Origin: Podarcis erhardii
Taxonomy: Eukaryota
Assembly: GCA_964252035.1 (NCBI GenBank)
Contig: OZ176207.1
DNA length: 64,000 nucleotides
Direction: 5' to 3' (one strand)
Part shown: in pieces, positions 37,124-50,292 of the stretch
Position numbering within the stretch: the first letter of the stretch is position 1
Layout: the number at the start of each line of letters is the position of its first letter
Position numbers and translations under genes: made by a program
Notes under the pieces: generated by a model
Told to the model about the DNA's origin: nothing
The model's database searches: none
The model's input: only the letters and a program-made list of their open reading frames with translations

Positions 37124-38145
37124 GTGGGGGACACAATTAGTGATGGTATATTCTTGCAAAGTTTAGCTTCATTTAAGTCATCTATGTGTGGGGCACTACT
37201 GTACAAGAAGTAAAATACTAAGTTTTCTTGTAACAAGAGAAAAGAGACCTAACAATTTCCGAAGTGTTTCAGCCTCCTCTCTTAAACATACTTATTGCAG
37301 AGTAAGCCCCATTGTTCAACGTAGGACTACCCACGGAGGAAACATGCATAGGATTGTAATGTTGCTGTGTTATAAAAGGTCTGGCACTACACAGAATAAC
37401 CTTCCCTATGCATTTTCATGCATTTTGTTGTTCAGATTTTGTCTCTGCTAAGCTTTTTGCTTGATTTTGAATATTAAGTACTTCAATATAAAGTACCTGA
37501 ACAGGTAACATAGGGGGTTTCTTTTCTGTGTAGCGTGTATGACTCATACAACACCTGCACAAATAAGGTGACTTAGTTTACAGAATTCTCCGTAAAAAGT
37601 GCTTCACTTACAAAGAAGAAAAGCAACTGCAACTAAAATAGTTTTGCACTCAGTTGTTTATTTATTTTTTAACCTTGTCATTCAGTACTATTATAAGGCC
37701 ATTAAGATTAACAGCTCAAATGTGATTATTTTCTTTTAACCATAGATTAGACTGCCAGAATATAAACATATTTTTAGCTGAAACAAAAGTTTTCCCCAAC
37801 TGTCTCGTTTTTATTTCGTATGAGAGAACAGTTATTGTTTTCTCACTCACACAGACCCCTTTAAAAACATTATGCATAGCTGCTGCTATCACAGTAAAAT
37901 TATTTACAGCATCGGATATCATTTAAAGAGATAGCTAAGGGGACTGTAGCTTCAGCGAGGAACTTTCGAGAAAGGAACCCTATAAATTAGCCATTGCTCA
38001 GGAGTGGCTGTTTTCTAGTCAGGGCTGGTCCTTTCATTTGTCTACATAAGGCTAATTTATTTTTGCAGCCAGATGTGAGCTGACAGCCATCACTCAGAGT
38101 TTCCTTCCCCCACTGTTAGGAGGTCTGGAAAACAGTCACGTTTCC

Positions 38146-38317
38146 NNNNNNNNNNNNNNNNNNNNNNNNNNNNNNNNNNNNNNNNNNNNNNNNNNNNNNN
38201 NNNNNNNNNNNNNNNNNNNNNNNNNNNNNNNNNNNNNNNNNNNNNNNNNNNNNNNNNNNNNNNNNNNNNNNNNNNNNNNNNNNNNNNNNNNNNNNNNNNN
38301 NNNNNNNNNNNNNNNNN
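38146..38317. other. N block (172 nt)
   Basis: Run of N; content unreadable. Confidence 0.99.
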
Positions 38318-38906
38318 GGATCCATGAACTTTAATGGATGGATGCTTTTTCAAAGCTCCACTCACTACAGCATGATTTACTTTTCTTACAGAAAGGAAAC
38401 AAGCATTTCAGTTTTAAAGGGCCAGCATGCCTCCTTGTCTCCTTTTGTGGATCCTTCATAGAAACATCAAAGGCTTACAGCTGAGACACAAATAGAGTGA
38501 TTGAATATGAATTTTACATGTATGCAATTAATCCTAGCTTAAATATATCATCATAAGAGACATTAAATGAGGTGCACTCAAGGCTTTTGTTTGCTTGGGC
38601 CTTTAGTTACATGGCTGCTGAAGTGCTGCAGCCTAGCTGTATTCTGTATGAGATATCATGAAATTCTGGTAGCATTAAATATAACCTGATAACTAGTGTG
38701 TCATATTGTGAAAGCTTTCTATATCAAATGGAGTCTAAATCATACAGTTGCGCATTGCTTGAAGAATCCTATTGATATGAACCAACTATTGACACTCAGT
38801 TGTCCAGCATGGCAGTACATCTTTTGATACATAAAATGTGGCAAAATGAAGAGTTTTTTAAAAAATAAACTAATTGTATTGAGACTTTTTTGCAATGTAT
38901 AGTAAA

Positions 38907-39267
38907 AAGTAAAGGTAAAGGTACCCTTGCCCGAACGGGCCAGTCTGGACAGACTCTAGGGTTGTGCGCTCATCTCACTCTAGAGGCCGGGAGCCAGCGC
39001 TGTCCGCAGACACTTGTGGGTCATGTGGCCAGCGTGACAAGCTGCATCTGGCGAGCCAGCGCAGCACACGGAATGCCGTTTACCTTCCCGCTAGTAAGCG
39101 GTCCCTATTTATCTACTTGCACCCGGGGGTGCTTTCGAACTGCTAGGTTGGCAGGCGCTGGGACCGAGCGACGGGAGCGCACCCCGCCACGGGGATTCAA
39201 ACCACCGACCTTTCGATCGGCAAGTCCTAGGCGCTGAGGCTTTTACCCACAGCGCCACCCGTGTCCC
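38907..39267 (-). mobile_element. Full-length Sauria SINE (tRNA-derived)
   Basis: Minus-strand head GGGACACGGGTGGCGCTGTGG with a B-box-like GGTTTGAATCC and an (ACCTTT)n tail; perfect 15-bp TSD gcaatgtatagtaaa at 38892-38906 and 39268-39282. Confidence 0.92.
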
Positions 39268-40609
39268 GCAATGTATAGTAAATCATTCTTATTGCCATAT
39301 GCCCATATGGTATTACTGCAAAAAAGAAAAAGAAAAAAAGAGAGAGGTCTGATCTGTGTGTAATGTTAAGTTGATAGCAATTTGTGGTGTTTGTACATTA
39401 TATTGGTTGATACTTAATCATTGCAGGGGGTTAGGATCATATCCTTGCTTCCCAGCCTCCTTTCCTATTCACTGTGAATTCTCATCATTCCGAACCATAA
39501 TTTGCTGGTACATCCATATTGAAGTTAGCCATAGTTCCTAATTTGGAATTTGTAACCAGCTTCAAAGCAGAGTGTCAAATGTTAGGTGGGAATGTTTGCA
39601 TTAACTGCAGTTAATGACATTGGATGGTGAACCATGGTTAAGCGCTGTGGGGAAAGGGTGGGGAAATCCATGCTTGAGAGGGGAGGACCTGGGGGAAAGG
39701 GCATATAGTCCTACCACCTGCAGTCAATCCTATAACCATGGTTAAGGCCTGGCTTGCATTACATATATGCTGGTCTTGGAAGTACTTCCTCACTTTTTCA
39801 GGTGAAGCTTGCAATGGTGCGTAAAGCACGATGATGTAGTTCTGCTTTGAGTGTTGTTACCAACTCGTTGTTCTAGAACTTTTATTAAGTTCTCAACAAC
39901 GTAATTTATGTTTCAAAATGCAGTCGTTTTAAATTTTGCAATGTTGTTTGTGCTTAAAACTAATTTAACCTTTCTGTAAATATTTAGCTAAATTGTAGAA
40001 TATGAGCAATCTGGTGAACCAAAGAATAGCATGTATGGCATGAGTACAGATGGAGTAAAGAATGATTTCTGAAAATGAAGGCATCAGGGGATCTTGATAA
40101 TGTGATGCTATGGACCCAGGTGAGGCTTGCTCTACTGATTGCTCTGGATGTTTTTTATGCTTCACAAAAATGGCTACTGTTGGGTTCATTATGAGGCGTT
40201 CCAGATTTGGTTTTGAGCAGATAAATTTTTTTATATAAGAAATAAAATGGGCATGAGGTAACTGGAGGGTGTCTCATCATGTTCTTCAGATTCCATTCTC
40301 CAGTTCGTAGAGATCAGCTTCTAGTTGTGTAATAGGCAGACATCTATTAGTGAGTAGTCTTCCTAAATAATAATCGTAAGCTACATTTTTGACTCGTCTG
40401 CTGCTGTTGAATTAGTTCCGTTTTACAGTTTACTGTTTTGATGATTTGATGTTCTTAATACATTTTGGTGACTGCTTTGAGTGAGTAACTTTTTTAGGAC
40501 CAAAAATTCAGGATAGGAATGATCCTATCAATAATAAATGACTGGAAAACCCAACACTTCAGCATATACAGGCCGTAATAGGCATTGGAATATCTCCTTT
40601 TTAACCCTA

Positions 40610-40796
40610 AAAACAAGGTGTAAGCTTGGTTTTATGAGAAAGAATATAAAACATTAATGAAAGTTTTGTGCAAGCAGAATTAATTTTTTTCTAACCTGAA
40701 AAACAAAACAAGGTGTAAGCTTGGTATTAAACTCAAAGTTAAAAGAGAGAGAAATAATATAAAACATTAATGAAAGTTTTGTGGAAGCAGAATTAA
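40610..40796 (+). repeat. Imperfect tandem duplication (about 75-92 bp units)
   Basis: aaaacaaggtgtaagcttggt...aatataaaacattaatgaaagttttgtg(c/g)aagcagaattaa occurs at 40610-40683 and 40705-40796. Confidence 0.9.
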
Positions 40797-43129
40797 AATC
40801 AGCAACAAAAATAAAAACAATTATGAGCATCTGTTTTAGAATGCTTATCAGTTCTGTTTATAACAAATGAAGAAAATCCATTATCTGCAACAATAAGGGG
40901 AATTTCCTTTTCCAAATGTTGATTTACTTGCAGAAGTGTGATCTTGCATTTAGATATTTTTGGCAACTAATGTTCGTCTCTGGTGTTTGACATTATAATT
41001 TCAGGGATACCAGTCTGCATTCTGAGCAGTTTATAGCCTACTTCACAATGCAGTTACGATGAGGGATTGGCATCTAAACTAATTTAGACACTTTCTCTGA
41101 TAGGGAACCCACAGATAGCATGATCTACAACTCACTTAAGGCAATGTTATTTGATTTTAGCCTATATGCTCCAGTATTTAATACATTTTGGAAATAATAG
41201 CATTGAGTTTAATATGCTCATAATTGTGTCCACCTATGGCAATTACAGGGGAAATGGCAATCTGGTTGTGGTGGCATGTTGCCAAAGGCTGAGTTCAGCA
41301 CATGGTGACAGGTGCACACAACCAGCTTGGATAAAATAGCCACTAGGCTTTTTCACTGCCACCAGATGTAATAGTTCTGACAATGACCACGGTCTCAGTA
41401 AGTGTGTTTAGGGTGCAACCTGGTCTTAGACATGCTACTTGCTTTGAAGTCAATTCCATAGACGTCGAAGAGAATTCCAAGCACATATGTTTAGGATCAA
41501 GATTAGTCCTATTCAGTACAAATAAATTGGCTTAAATCCTAATACTTTGGCTTAAAATTAAATGGAGTTGTGGTTTGGGTTGTCAGCCCATTCTAGACCT
41601 ATAAACGTGGTTGAATTTGCATGAGGGTTATTTTTCTCCCGACCTGGAAGCATGCAACATGTTTACAAACAGGAAGCAGTTCATTATATTCATATTTATC
41701 ACAACATCTGTAATGTCGACCAGGGGTCAAGTCATTACACTAAATTTATTGTAACCATTATTAATGCATGTAGGCTTGTGCCTCAGTTATGATATAAGAC
41801 TGCTGTTTCCTGATTAAAAGCTGTTTGGCAATGCCGAGATAGAATACAGATTCTCTCTGCCTCATGGTGACTGACAGCAGCTTCTGGTATTCTTCTTTTT
41901 TCTGGCAGTGGAGTATATTAATATGAACACACCTTGCAGAGTAGGCTCAGAGCTGCAAGAAGTATAGAATGCAGAAAACTGTCTAATTTCAGCAGGCACA
42001 ACTGTGCCTCCATAAGGTAGCCAAATTTATCACGGCACATTACAGAATGCAGCAAATGTCATGAAAGCCATTGTTTTTTAATTTTTTTCCCTGGGTGTCT
42101 GAATGAGGTGATTTATGGTAGTTATCCATCTTAAGGGTCATCTATCAATTTTTAGTTGCTAGGCAATCAAACTAGCAGCTGTTTGCTTTGAATCAAGCTG
42201 AAAAGTTGTCAGTCATCGCATGCAGGTATGACCTTAGTGGTTAAACGCATTACCATGCATGCAAAATTAAAAGAAACAATGTCCTCCATTTCACCCATCA
42301 TGTATGGCATATTGTAAGGTTTAACGATAATTGTAGTACAAAATGAAGTGGTGAAAAGGGAGTTTGTGTGCACAACATACTAGACAATACCTTCTGTTTT
42401 CCTCCCAAAATAGTTAGTTATATCTTTTCTGCATGGAACGTTGTTTTCCCTGTTATCCCTTTCCTTTCTAAGAAGTGTTCATTTTGAAGACAGCGACAAA
42501 AGGGAGACAAGGTCATCTTCTAAGATACAAATTCTTAGGATGGTGGAACCTCCCTACTATTCCAGCAGAAATTTTGCTCTTACGTTGCAGTTTTCAGGGA
42601 CCTTAAACATTGCATTGACACAAATGTTTAGCATTGGGGAAGCCATATTCTATTAATGAAAACTAGATTACCGTGGCTGCGATCCTAAACACACTTACTA
42701 GCAATAAATTCCAATGAGCTACGTGGAACTTTCTACTGGGTAAACATACTTAAGATTTCAGTGTGTCCATGTGTGTCTCTTGCAGTCAGCTTGCTAATGT
42801 TATCTTGAGAGGATAAATATAAGAAAGAGAAAAACTATTGTGCAAGCCATACTCGGGCTTTGTAAGCAGATGATTCTAGTGACAGCACCACACGGCAATC
42901 ATTTTTGAAGCGTTCACATTCTGCTCAACTACTGCTTGTTAGTATCCGGATATACTAATGCCCTGCTATTAGTATACAAAGTGTTTTACAATCTTTTATA
43001 CCATCTGTCCTCGTAACAAATTGTGAGGTAGGTCTTTAACATTCCTGTTTTGCAGAAGGAGCACTGAGGTCGAAGGATAGTGATTTAAAACAGAAGTATG
43101 TGTGGTACAGTGCTTGCTACTGACTAAAC

Positions 43130-43317
43130 ATCAGGAAGAACTTTCTGACAGTGAAACGGTCTCCCTCGGGAGGGGACGGACTCTTTTTCTTGGAGGTTTT
43201 TAAGCAGAGATTATGTGGCCATCTGCCATGTATGATTTAGATGAGATTCCAGCATTGCAGAGGGTTGAGCTGGATGATCCTTGGGGTTCCTTCCAGATCT
43301 GCAGTTCTGTGATTCTT
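43130..43317 (+). mobile_element. CR1 LINE 3' fragment
   Basis: ...ggaggtttttaagcagag...gcagagggttgagctggatgatccttggggttccttcc...ttctgtgattct matches the CR1 3' UTR/tail pattern. Confidence 0.7.
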
Positions 43318-44280
43318 TGAAAGGCAGTCATCACCACTTCTTTATATTGCAATCTGTACGAAATTTTGTGTCTGCCTGGTCAACTGCTGACATCCTCCAA
43401 AATACGGAAAAATAAATAAAACGAAAGCCTCAAGAGAGTGTAACTGCTTTTGAAAATCTTAAACAACCCAGCCTACCCTGGAAATATTATTCAGGGTTTG
43501 ATTCAGAGGATTCCGGACAGCATTTGAAGAGAATTGATTTACAGATGGCTTCAGCAAGGAGGGCAAAGCTGTGTTTAAATGATCCTTCAATGTAAGAATT
43601 TAGACCAGTGTCAGAAAAGTTCACATCCTGTACGTTCTAGTTAATAAGAAATGGCATCTATCCACAACAATAATTTTGTACACCCCTCGCGCGCCCCCCC
43701 CCGGCTGTTGAAGAAAGAACTTCTCTGAGTTGTCAAGAAGCTTCATAGAAGAAAAGGGAGAGAAGCTTTTAACCATGTGTACTGTGCATTTGTGACACCG
43801 TATTTATTTTGAGTTGTTTTGGGCACGGTTCACCATGGAAAAGTGACATATAAATTAAACTGAACTAAACTAAAAATATGCTTCTTGAAATTGCTTGAAC
43901 TTGAAGCATTATGTGCAGCTCTGTGTATCAGATAAATCAGCAGTAAAACTCTGACCTGTGACATGCTCCTGAGAGTTCTTGCCAAAACACTACTGCAGTG
44001 ATTCTACTGGATACAACACTGCTTTCAGTAGATGCACTCTATCTTGATCAACAGTGCTAAACAGGACAAGGGCTCAGCAGCCTTGACAATTTTTTTCTCT
44101 TTTTGGTTCGTAGCTTCAGCTGACTGCATATGGGCAGAGCATTCCAAAGGTGGTGATGGTAGATTCTCTTACACAGAAACTGTCATTACTTAAAACCTGC
44201 TGGCTTGGTCCAGCCAGGGCAAAAGGTATTGTGGACAGGGGAATTATTTCCTTCTCCTAAAATTCAGACTTCATTTTGGT

Positions 44281-44400
44281 AAGAGTCCTGGGAATTGTAG
44301 CTTTGTGGGGGGTAAACTACAGTTCGCAGGATTCTGTGTGGGGAAACCATGACTGTTTTTAATGTGCTTTAAATGTGTGCTATAGGTGTAACACAATTTG
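44281..44400. mobile_element. Second copy of the palindromic MITE family at 13208
   Basis: aagagtcctgggaattgtagc...aaactacagttcgcaggattct...ggggaaaccatg...gtgctttaaat has the same architecture. Confidence 0.6.
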
Positions 44401-45718
44401 CTCGCCTCTGTTGAAGTAGGAAATATGGATTTTAAAAGCCCACACAACATATTTGGGAACTATGCACACTTTTGAGGAAACTGATGCAAAGTTGTACTGG
44501 TGATAAAACCCTTGTGCTTCTTTAAAACAATTACCAATTTTAAATTATTATTATTATACTATTTTCACATAGGTTTATAAAACCAAACATAGCATAAACA
44601 TGGAAAGTAAGAAAAATCAAATAATTAGAGCCTTTACATAAAATAAGGATCAGTTAAAATCTACAGCACGTGCGTGGAAGCTAGTGCCATGCATACAAAT
44701 AAATCAAATGATGGACCCATGATAAATAAGGCATGGCCTGGTAATCACTTTCCATAGTGAACTAGAAATCTTCACCAGACATTGAGATTACTAGTCTTTG
44801 CTGTGAATATATAATTTTATATTTTCCAGGCTTTGCTGGTGGTCTATCTATACTTTTGATAAGTGTGATTGATGAGACAACTAGGTAGGCAGAAAAGTTT
44901 AGCCTTGTGGTAACAAGACCATGGATTATCTGGTCCAGTATTCTGTTTTCTCAGTGTCTAATGAGATTCCAGTGGGAAGCTCACAAGAAGGACCTGACGG
45001 CAACATCACCCTCCCCACTTGAGCTCCCCAGTAACTAGTATTCAGAAGCTTGCTGCAGTTGCCTAGGTCATTATGTTTTCAGCTGTGCAGAATCTAACTT
45101 GACAAGCTAGTGACAATCTGTACTGTGTGTAGGAGTTTTGGGTGCTTGCAAAAGTGTGTTTTGCTTTTCCACTTTCCCCACTGATGTGGTGAGAGCTAGT
45201 TTGTGCAAGTGTACTTCCTTTGTTGAAAAGATGCTATGGATGTGCCCCGAAGTCTCAGTGTCTCCCACTCCAACTCTACTGCAGAGGAAGTCACAGGTGT
45301 GATATAACTCCCAAGAGTAATGAAAGGGTGGTTGGCAACCATGGATTTGATGCTGCTCGGTTTGTAGTTTGTGACACAGAATTTCCGCTTGAGGTATTTT
45401 TATTTTTCTTATTTTTTGCTATAAGCCCCTTCAACTTTTTCTTGGCTCTCGGCTCCTGGTTGTCATTTTGCTGCTTGAAGGAGGCAGGGTTTTGTTTTCA
45501 TTTTTTCTTTCTTTCAAAGCATTGAATACCACAACACTGCTTCATCTGTCTAGCAATTCTCTTTTGTAGTCTTGGACTGGGGTGGTTAGCACTAGTAAGG
45601 GGTATAATGTTTATTCCGGAATACATTGAAGGCAAACCTCTATAATGCCTGGAGTTTGGTCTATATATCTATATGAGTGACTTATAGACTACTTGATCAC
45701 AATAGGTCAGGTTTCAAT

Positions 45719-45960
45719 GATCATAGAATCATAGAATCATAGAGTTGGAAGAGACCACAAGGGCCATCGAGTCCAACCCCCTGCCAAGCAGGAAACACCA
45801 TTAGAGCACTCCTGACATATGGTTGTCAAGCCTCTGCTTAAAGACCTCCAAAGAAGGAGACTCCACCACACTCCTTGGCAGCAAATTCCACTGTCAAACA
45901 GCTCTTACTGTCAGGAAGTTCTTCCTATATGTTTAGGTGGAATCTTTTTTCTTGTAGTTT
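45719..45960 (-). mobile_element. 5'-truncated CR1 LINE 3' end
   Basis: Begins with (ATCATAGA)x3, the reverse complement of the CR1 (TTCTATGA)n tail, followed by gttggaagagaccacaagggccatcgagtccaacccc typical of CR1 3' ends. Confidence 0.85.
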
Positions 45961-45975
45961 GATATGGCTAATACT

Positions 45976-46113
45976 CAAGACTTTTTTTTTCAGCTGGAGC
46001 TCACTGGATCTCAGCTCCAGCTCTTGTCACGTGGGCGCCATTGCCATTTAAGAAAATAAGGGAGAGGTTCATGGTGAGTTCCAAGCACCTATTTTTCTAG
46101 AAAAATCGCACTG
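45976..46113. mobile_element. Putative hAT-type MITE
   Basis: Degenerate inverted ends (caagactttttt / aaaaatcgcactg) flanked by an imperfect 8-bp duplication ctaatact / ctgatatt (6 of 8 match). Confidence 0.55.
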
Positions 46114-46790
46114 CTGATATTAATCCCTGTCCTCAAGGGCTCAAAGCTAAAGGGTAGCAAGGAGTTGTAAGAAAGATAAGATCCCAAAATAGCCTATATC
46201 AACATAATAAAAATTAATAAGAGCCATGTTCTATCATTCCCTCTCTCTTGTATCTGATTCATCTCACTCAGGAGCCACCAGGCTCACACCTCACACTTTG
46301 GAACAGTGTTTTCCCACAAGGAACCTCTGGAGGGTAAGGTGGGGAGGTAGTACTGTTGGGTGTGGGCATTGTCATTCCATATTAATTTAAAAAAAAAATC
46401 AATAAAATATTGTTGTTTTTAAAAAAGAGTAGTCAGTGTGGTGCCAGCCAGGTGTTGCTGAACTATGAATCTTATCAGCCCAGTCCAGCATGGCCAGTGG
46501 TTGGAGATCAAGCAAGCTGTGGTCTAACAATCTATGGAGGGCACTGTTTGCTTCTACTGAACTAGCTGATATTCCTTTTTCTCTACCTTCTCTTCTTCAC
46601 CATATTTTTGTTCAGCAAGGAGCTGAAACTTCTTCTTCCAACCCAGTTGCAGTCACTCAGCCCAATGCTCAACCTTCGTGGTTTTCAACTTCTTTAATTC
46701 TACCAGAGCTGGGAATTGTTTGCTATCAAATGCATGTCTTTCAACACAGAAATCACAGAGCTTACAAAAGAGGTCTCTGTACATCTTTAT

Positions 46791-46862
46791 TTGTTTTGTT
46801 TTGTTTTGTTTTGTTTTGTTTTGTTTTGTTTTGTTTTGTTTTGTTTTGTTTTGTTTTGTTTG
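46791..46862. repeat. (TTTTG)n pentanucleotide microsatellite
   Basis: Read directly. Confidence 0.95.
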
Positions 46863-49800
46863 AGAGTACAGAACTAATTTCCAAAGCAATCTGAATATTT
46901 TTTCAGCCTGGAAGTAATGTTTTATGGGGCATACTATTTTTGAGGTGGAATGCCAGACAAAGGAGATGAGTTTCTATTCTGGATGACCAAAGCTCTCTCC
47001 AGAGATTGGGTAGGAAAGGAAGGGGAGGAGGAAAATACAAGAAGGGGTTGAACTATAGCTGATGCTTCTGTATAAGCTTTCTGCAGTTATTTGAGACTGG
47101 ACACTTGTAAACTTCGTTTGTCATGTGAGAGTAACTGTAATTCCGCTGCAACGTTTGGCAAACAGAAAAACGTTTGTTTTCCGTTTTGTTCGTTTATCAA
47201 ATTTGTTCCACCAGAGAAGTCAAGCCAGCATACACAGAGTTATCCCTGTGTTTTTATTAAAATTGGTAAATTATGACAGAAAAGGAAATCATTTGCATGC
47301 AGACAAAAGGAAATAATGGAAAAACCCCCTCTAAAATAATATGTAGCATAAGATCAAGCAAGAGAAGACACAATTACAATATTTTCGTTTGGTGAGTCCG
47401 TACGTGAATTCCTTAGTTATCTCATTTCATCTTTCCAACAACCATTTGAGGCAGGCTACTCTGAAAGAGGAAGTACGTTCAAAAGGTATGGCGATAATCG
47501 TTAGGATAGATAGCTTTAATAAAGCACTATGAGAACTCAGGAAGGAGAAGTATTTCAATCTGGTGGTGCTGTCCCCCTAGAATTTAAAACCTCTTGGGTA
47601 AGTGGGGAGTATGTGACACTGGTGTGAAAAGTGGGATTGTGTTCCCTTGAGAGAAAATGAGAACTGATGTGATTGAATGTAAGAAATAGCAGCAGATGGT
47701 GGAAACCAGTTGGTGATCTTGTTCTCCCTGAAGGGCTTCTGTTTCAGCTAACAGAAGGGGAAAGCAGACAGCTTTTGCAGATTTTCCCTCCCCTGTGCAG
47801 TTGCCAGCACCCCCTAAAAACTGAGTTGAGGAACCTTCCAGAACAGGGTTGAAGGTGGCATGGAGATATGGAGGGAAAAAGGAGAACTGGCAAAAACGCC
47901 CTCCCCTCCCTTTTTATTAGCAGAGGTGTCCACTGGATCAAAAGCCACGGTATCCACTGGATCAAAAGTGACAGGGCACTAATTGATTTCTCACAATACT
48001 CTAGGTACAAAAGCTTCAGAAGAAGTTTGTAGAAAACCTTAAAGTAAACCTGAAGAAGTCTGTGCAAGAGCAAGTTAGATAACCAGCTATGAGGCATGAA
48101 GGCTAACCCCAAAGCTGGTGGAGTGCTGTAGTCAATAGCCAAGAATCGAAACAAGGGGACACTAGAAACTGGTAGTTTTGAGGAGACATCGACAGATGAA
48201 GTAAATGGTGTGTGTGGGTTGAAGATGAAGCATCATCTTGGATTTCAGGATCTGTCTAGTGCAGAGTGGCAGATACTCTGTTCCTTGCTTCCATTTATGG
48301 TTGTAATGTTAAGGGAACCCTGTCTGTGTTTTATACATTCCAGTTCACCAGAGTCAGGAGCAGTTCCAGTCTAGGTTTTACAAAAAGCTCAGGAGCTCTT
48401 GATATGGGACCTGAGGCATTTGAAGAGAGATTTCTGGTGGGCATTTCCCATGTCCTATATGTGTGTGTTAGAGTTTGTTCCAATTAAAGTCATTTTGTCA
48501 CCATCAGTCGAGTAAAGAGTTGATCTTACAGTGGTATGCTTGCATATTGGAAATAAATTAGGGCCCCTCTGGGCATCTTTCTCTTTCATAATGACTTGTG
48601 TGCATGATGATATTGGGATGGCTATACACGATCTTGCTTTCAATATTGCGCCTGCAAACGTTTCAGGACAGACATAGTTCTTCATTTCCAATCAGTGCGT
48701 GTCCCATAGCTTTCTGCTGAAATCCTGTTACAAATGTAACATGTTTGTTTGCTCCTTCTTTTGTTGCACTGTAGTGCAGGTGTGTCCCTCCAAACAGCAA
48801 TAATGTGCTAACATTGCGGAAGCATTACAGAAACACTAATGAAATGGAAAGATGTGTGGATGGTCCAGTATAAATCCACCTGTAATGCACTGATGACATG
48901 GCAGATTATACACACACAAACAAACAAGCCAAACAAAACCAGCTTGGAGGGCCCCCCAGACATTACAAAGACAGTCTAATTTCCCCAATGCTCTCTCATC
49001 CAAACGAAATCTGTTATCACTGTCCTCTGGAATAGCTCATGCCTAGTGGAAGAACAGACCATGTAACAGTGTGTTTTCTTGTGCATTTCGATCTTTAAAA
49101 AATGTATTTCACTGTGTTGTGGTAGAAAGGATTTTGTGGGTGCTTCCAAACCCAGACATTTAAAAGATGCCCTGAATTGGTGTGCCTTACTGCTGCAAGC
49201 CACGTGGAGATTCCTTCTAATGCAAAAAGATTAGCAGGATCAATCCAAGGGGTACGGGCCAGATCAGAAATTGTAGCACTAAAGCATACACTAGTACGTC
49301 TTCCTTAGATATTCATTTTCTGTTTTAGTGCCACAGGCATTGGAAAACTTTCACCTAGACACAGCCTGAGAGTCTGATTTGAGTGTTTGAGATGTTATAA
49401 ATTCCTTTTCCATGGATAAATGTTTCTCAGCATTGACATGCTCCCCCCCCTTTTTGATGAACTTTAACCACTTCTTCTGCTTTAAAATTAATTACTAGTC
49501 CAGCTGTTTTAAAATTCTGCTGTCTGATCACTACCCTGTGCACTTTTGCTCTGCAATTTTATTTGCTACAAATGATCAAAGCATTCTGTGGTTTTTCTTG
49601 GATCATGGAAATAAATAAATTGGATAGGGTCAAGGGCAGAAAGCACTGAAAATGGACAGGCAATCAAAAGTCAAATTCAGTAGAAAATACAGGTGAAAAT
49701 AACTAAACAGTGATCACGAAGAACATAGAACAATGTGTCATTGCTATCAAAATACTGAAATGTGAAAGAGAAAAGTTGCTCACAACTCTGGTACAAAATG

Positions 49801-50292
49801 TCATGTTGCTGTGATCATTTTATTTACTTGGTTGTAAACTTTTGATAAATTACATCAGCCAAATGGAATATTTACTTTCAGAAACTGATGACTTTATTTC
49901 TGACCTCTCATGCATGCATGTATGTAGAGCAGGCTATTGTTTTTCTCTGGTAAAGTTAGTTTTCTCGGTCTATTTTGCTAAGAGAAGTGAACTTCACGTA
50001 AGCCGCCTGCTTAGGTGGATACTTAATGGTGGTTATACCACTATGACAAAATCTTGTTGTAAGTGATTATTACATGACAAAGCAGTAAAGCAGTTTATTA
50101 CTAGAAGTTGTAAATTATATTCATTGTGTTGTGTTTGAGTAGCATTCTTTTGGCATAATGTGCTCAGCTCTCAACCAGTAATCTGAGAACGCACCTATAT
50201 ATGGCCAATAGAACTAAGTTACCATTAATACTCTTTGTATTAACTTGTCGGAGAGCATATCCTCTTCCAGTGCATATGGTTTATCATTGATA

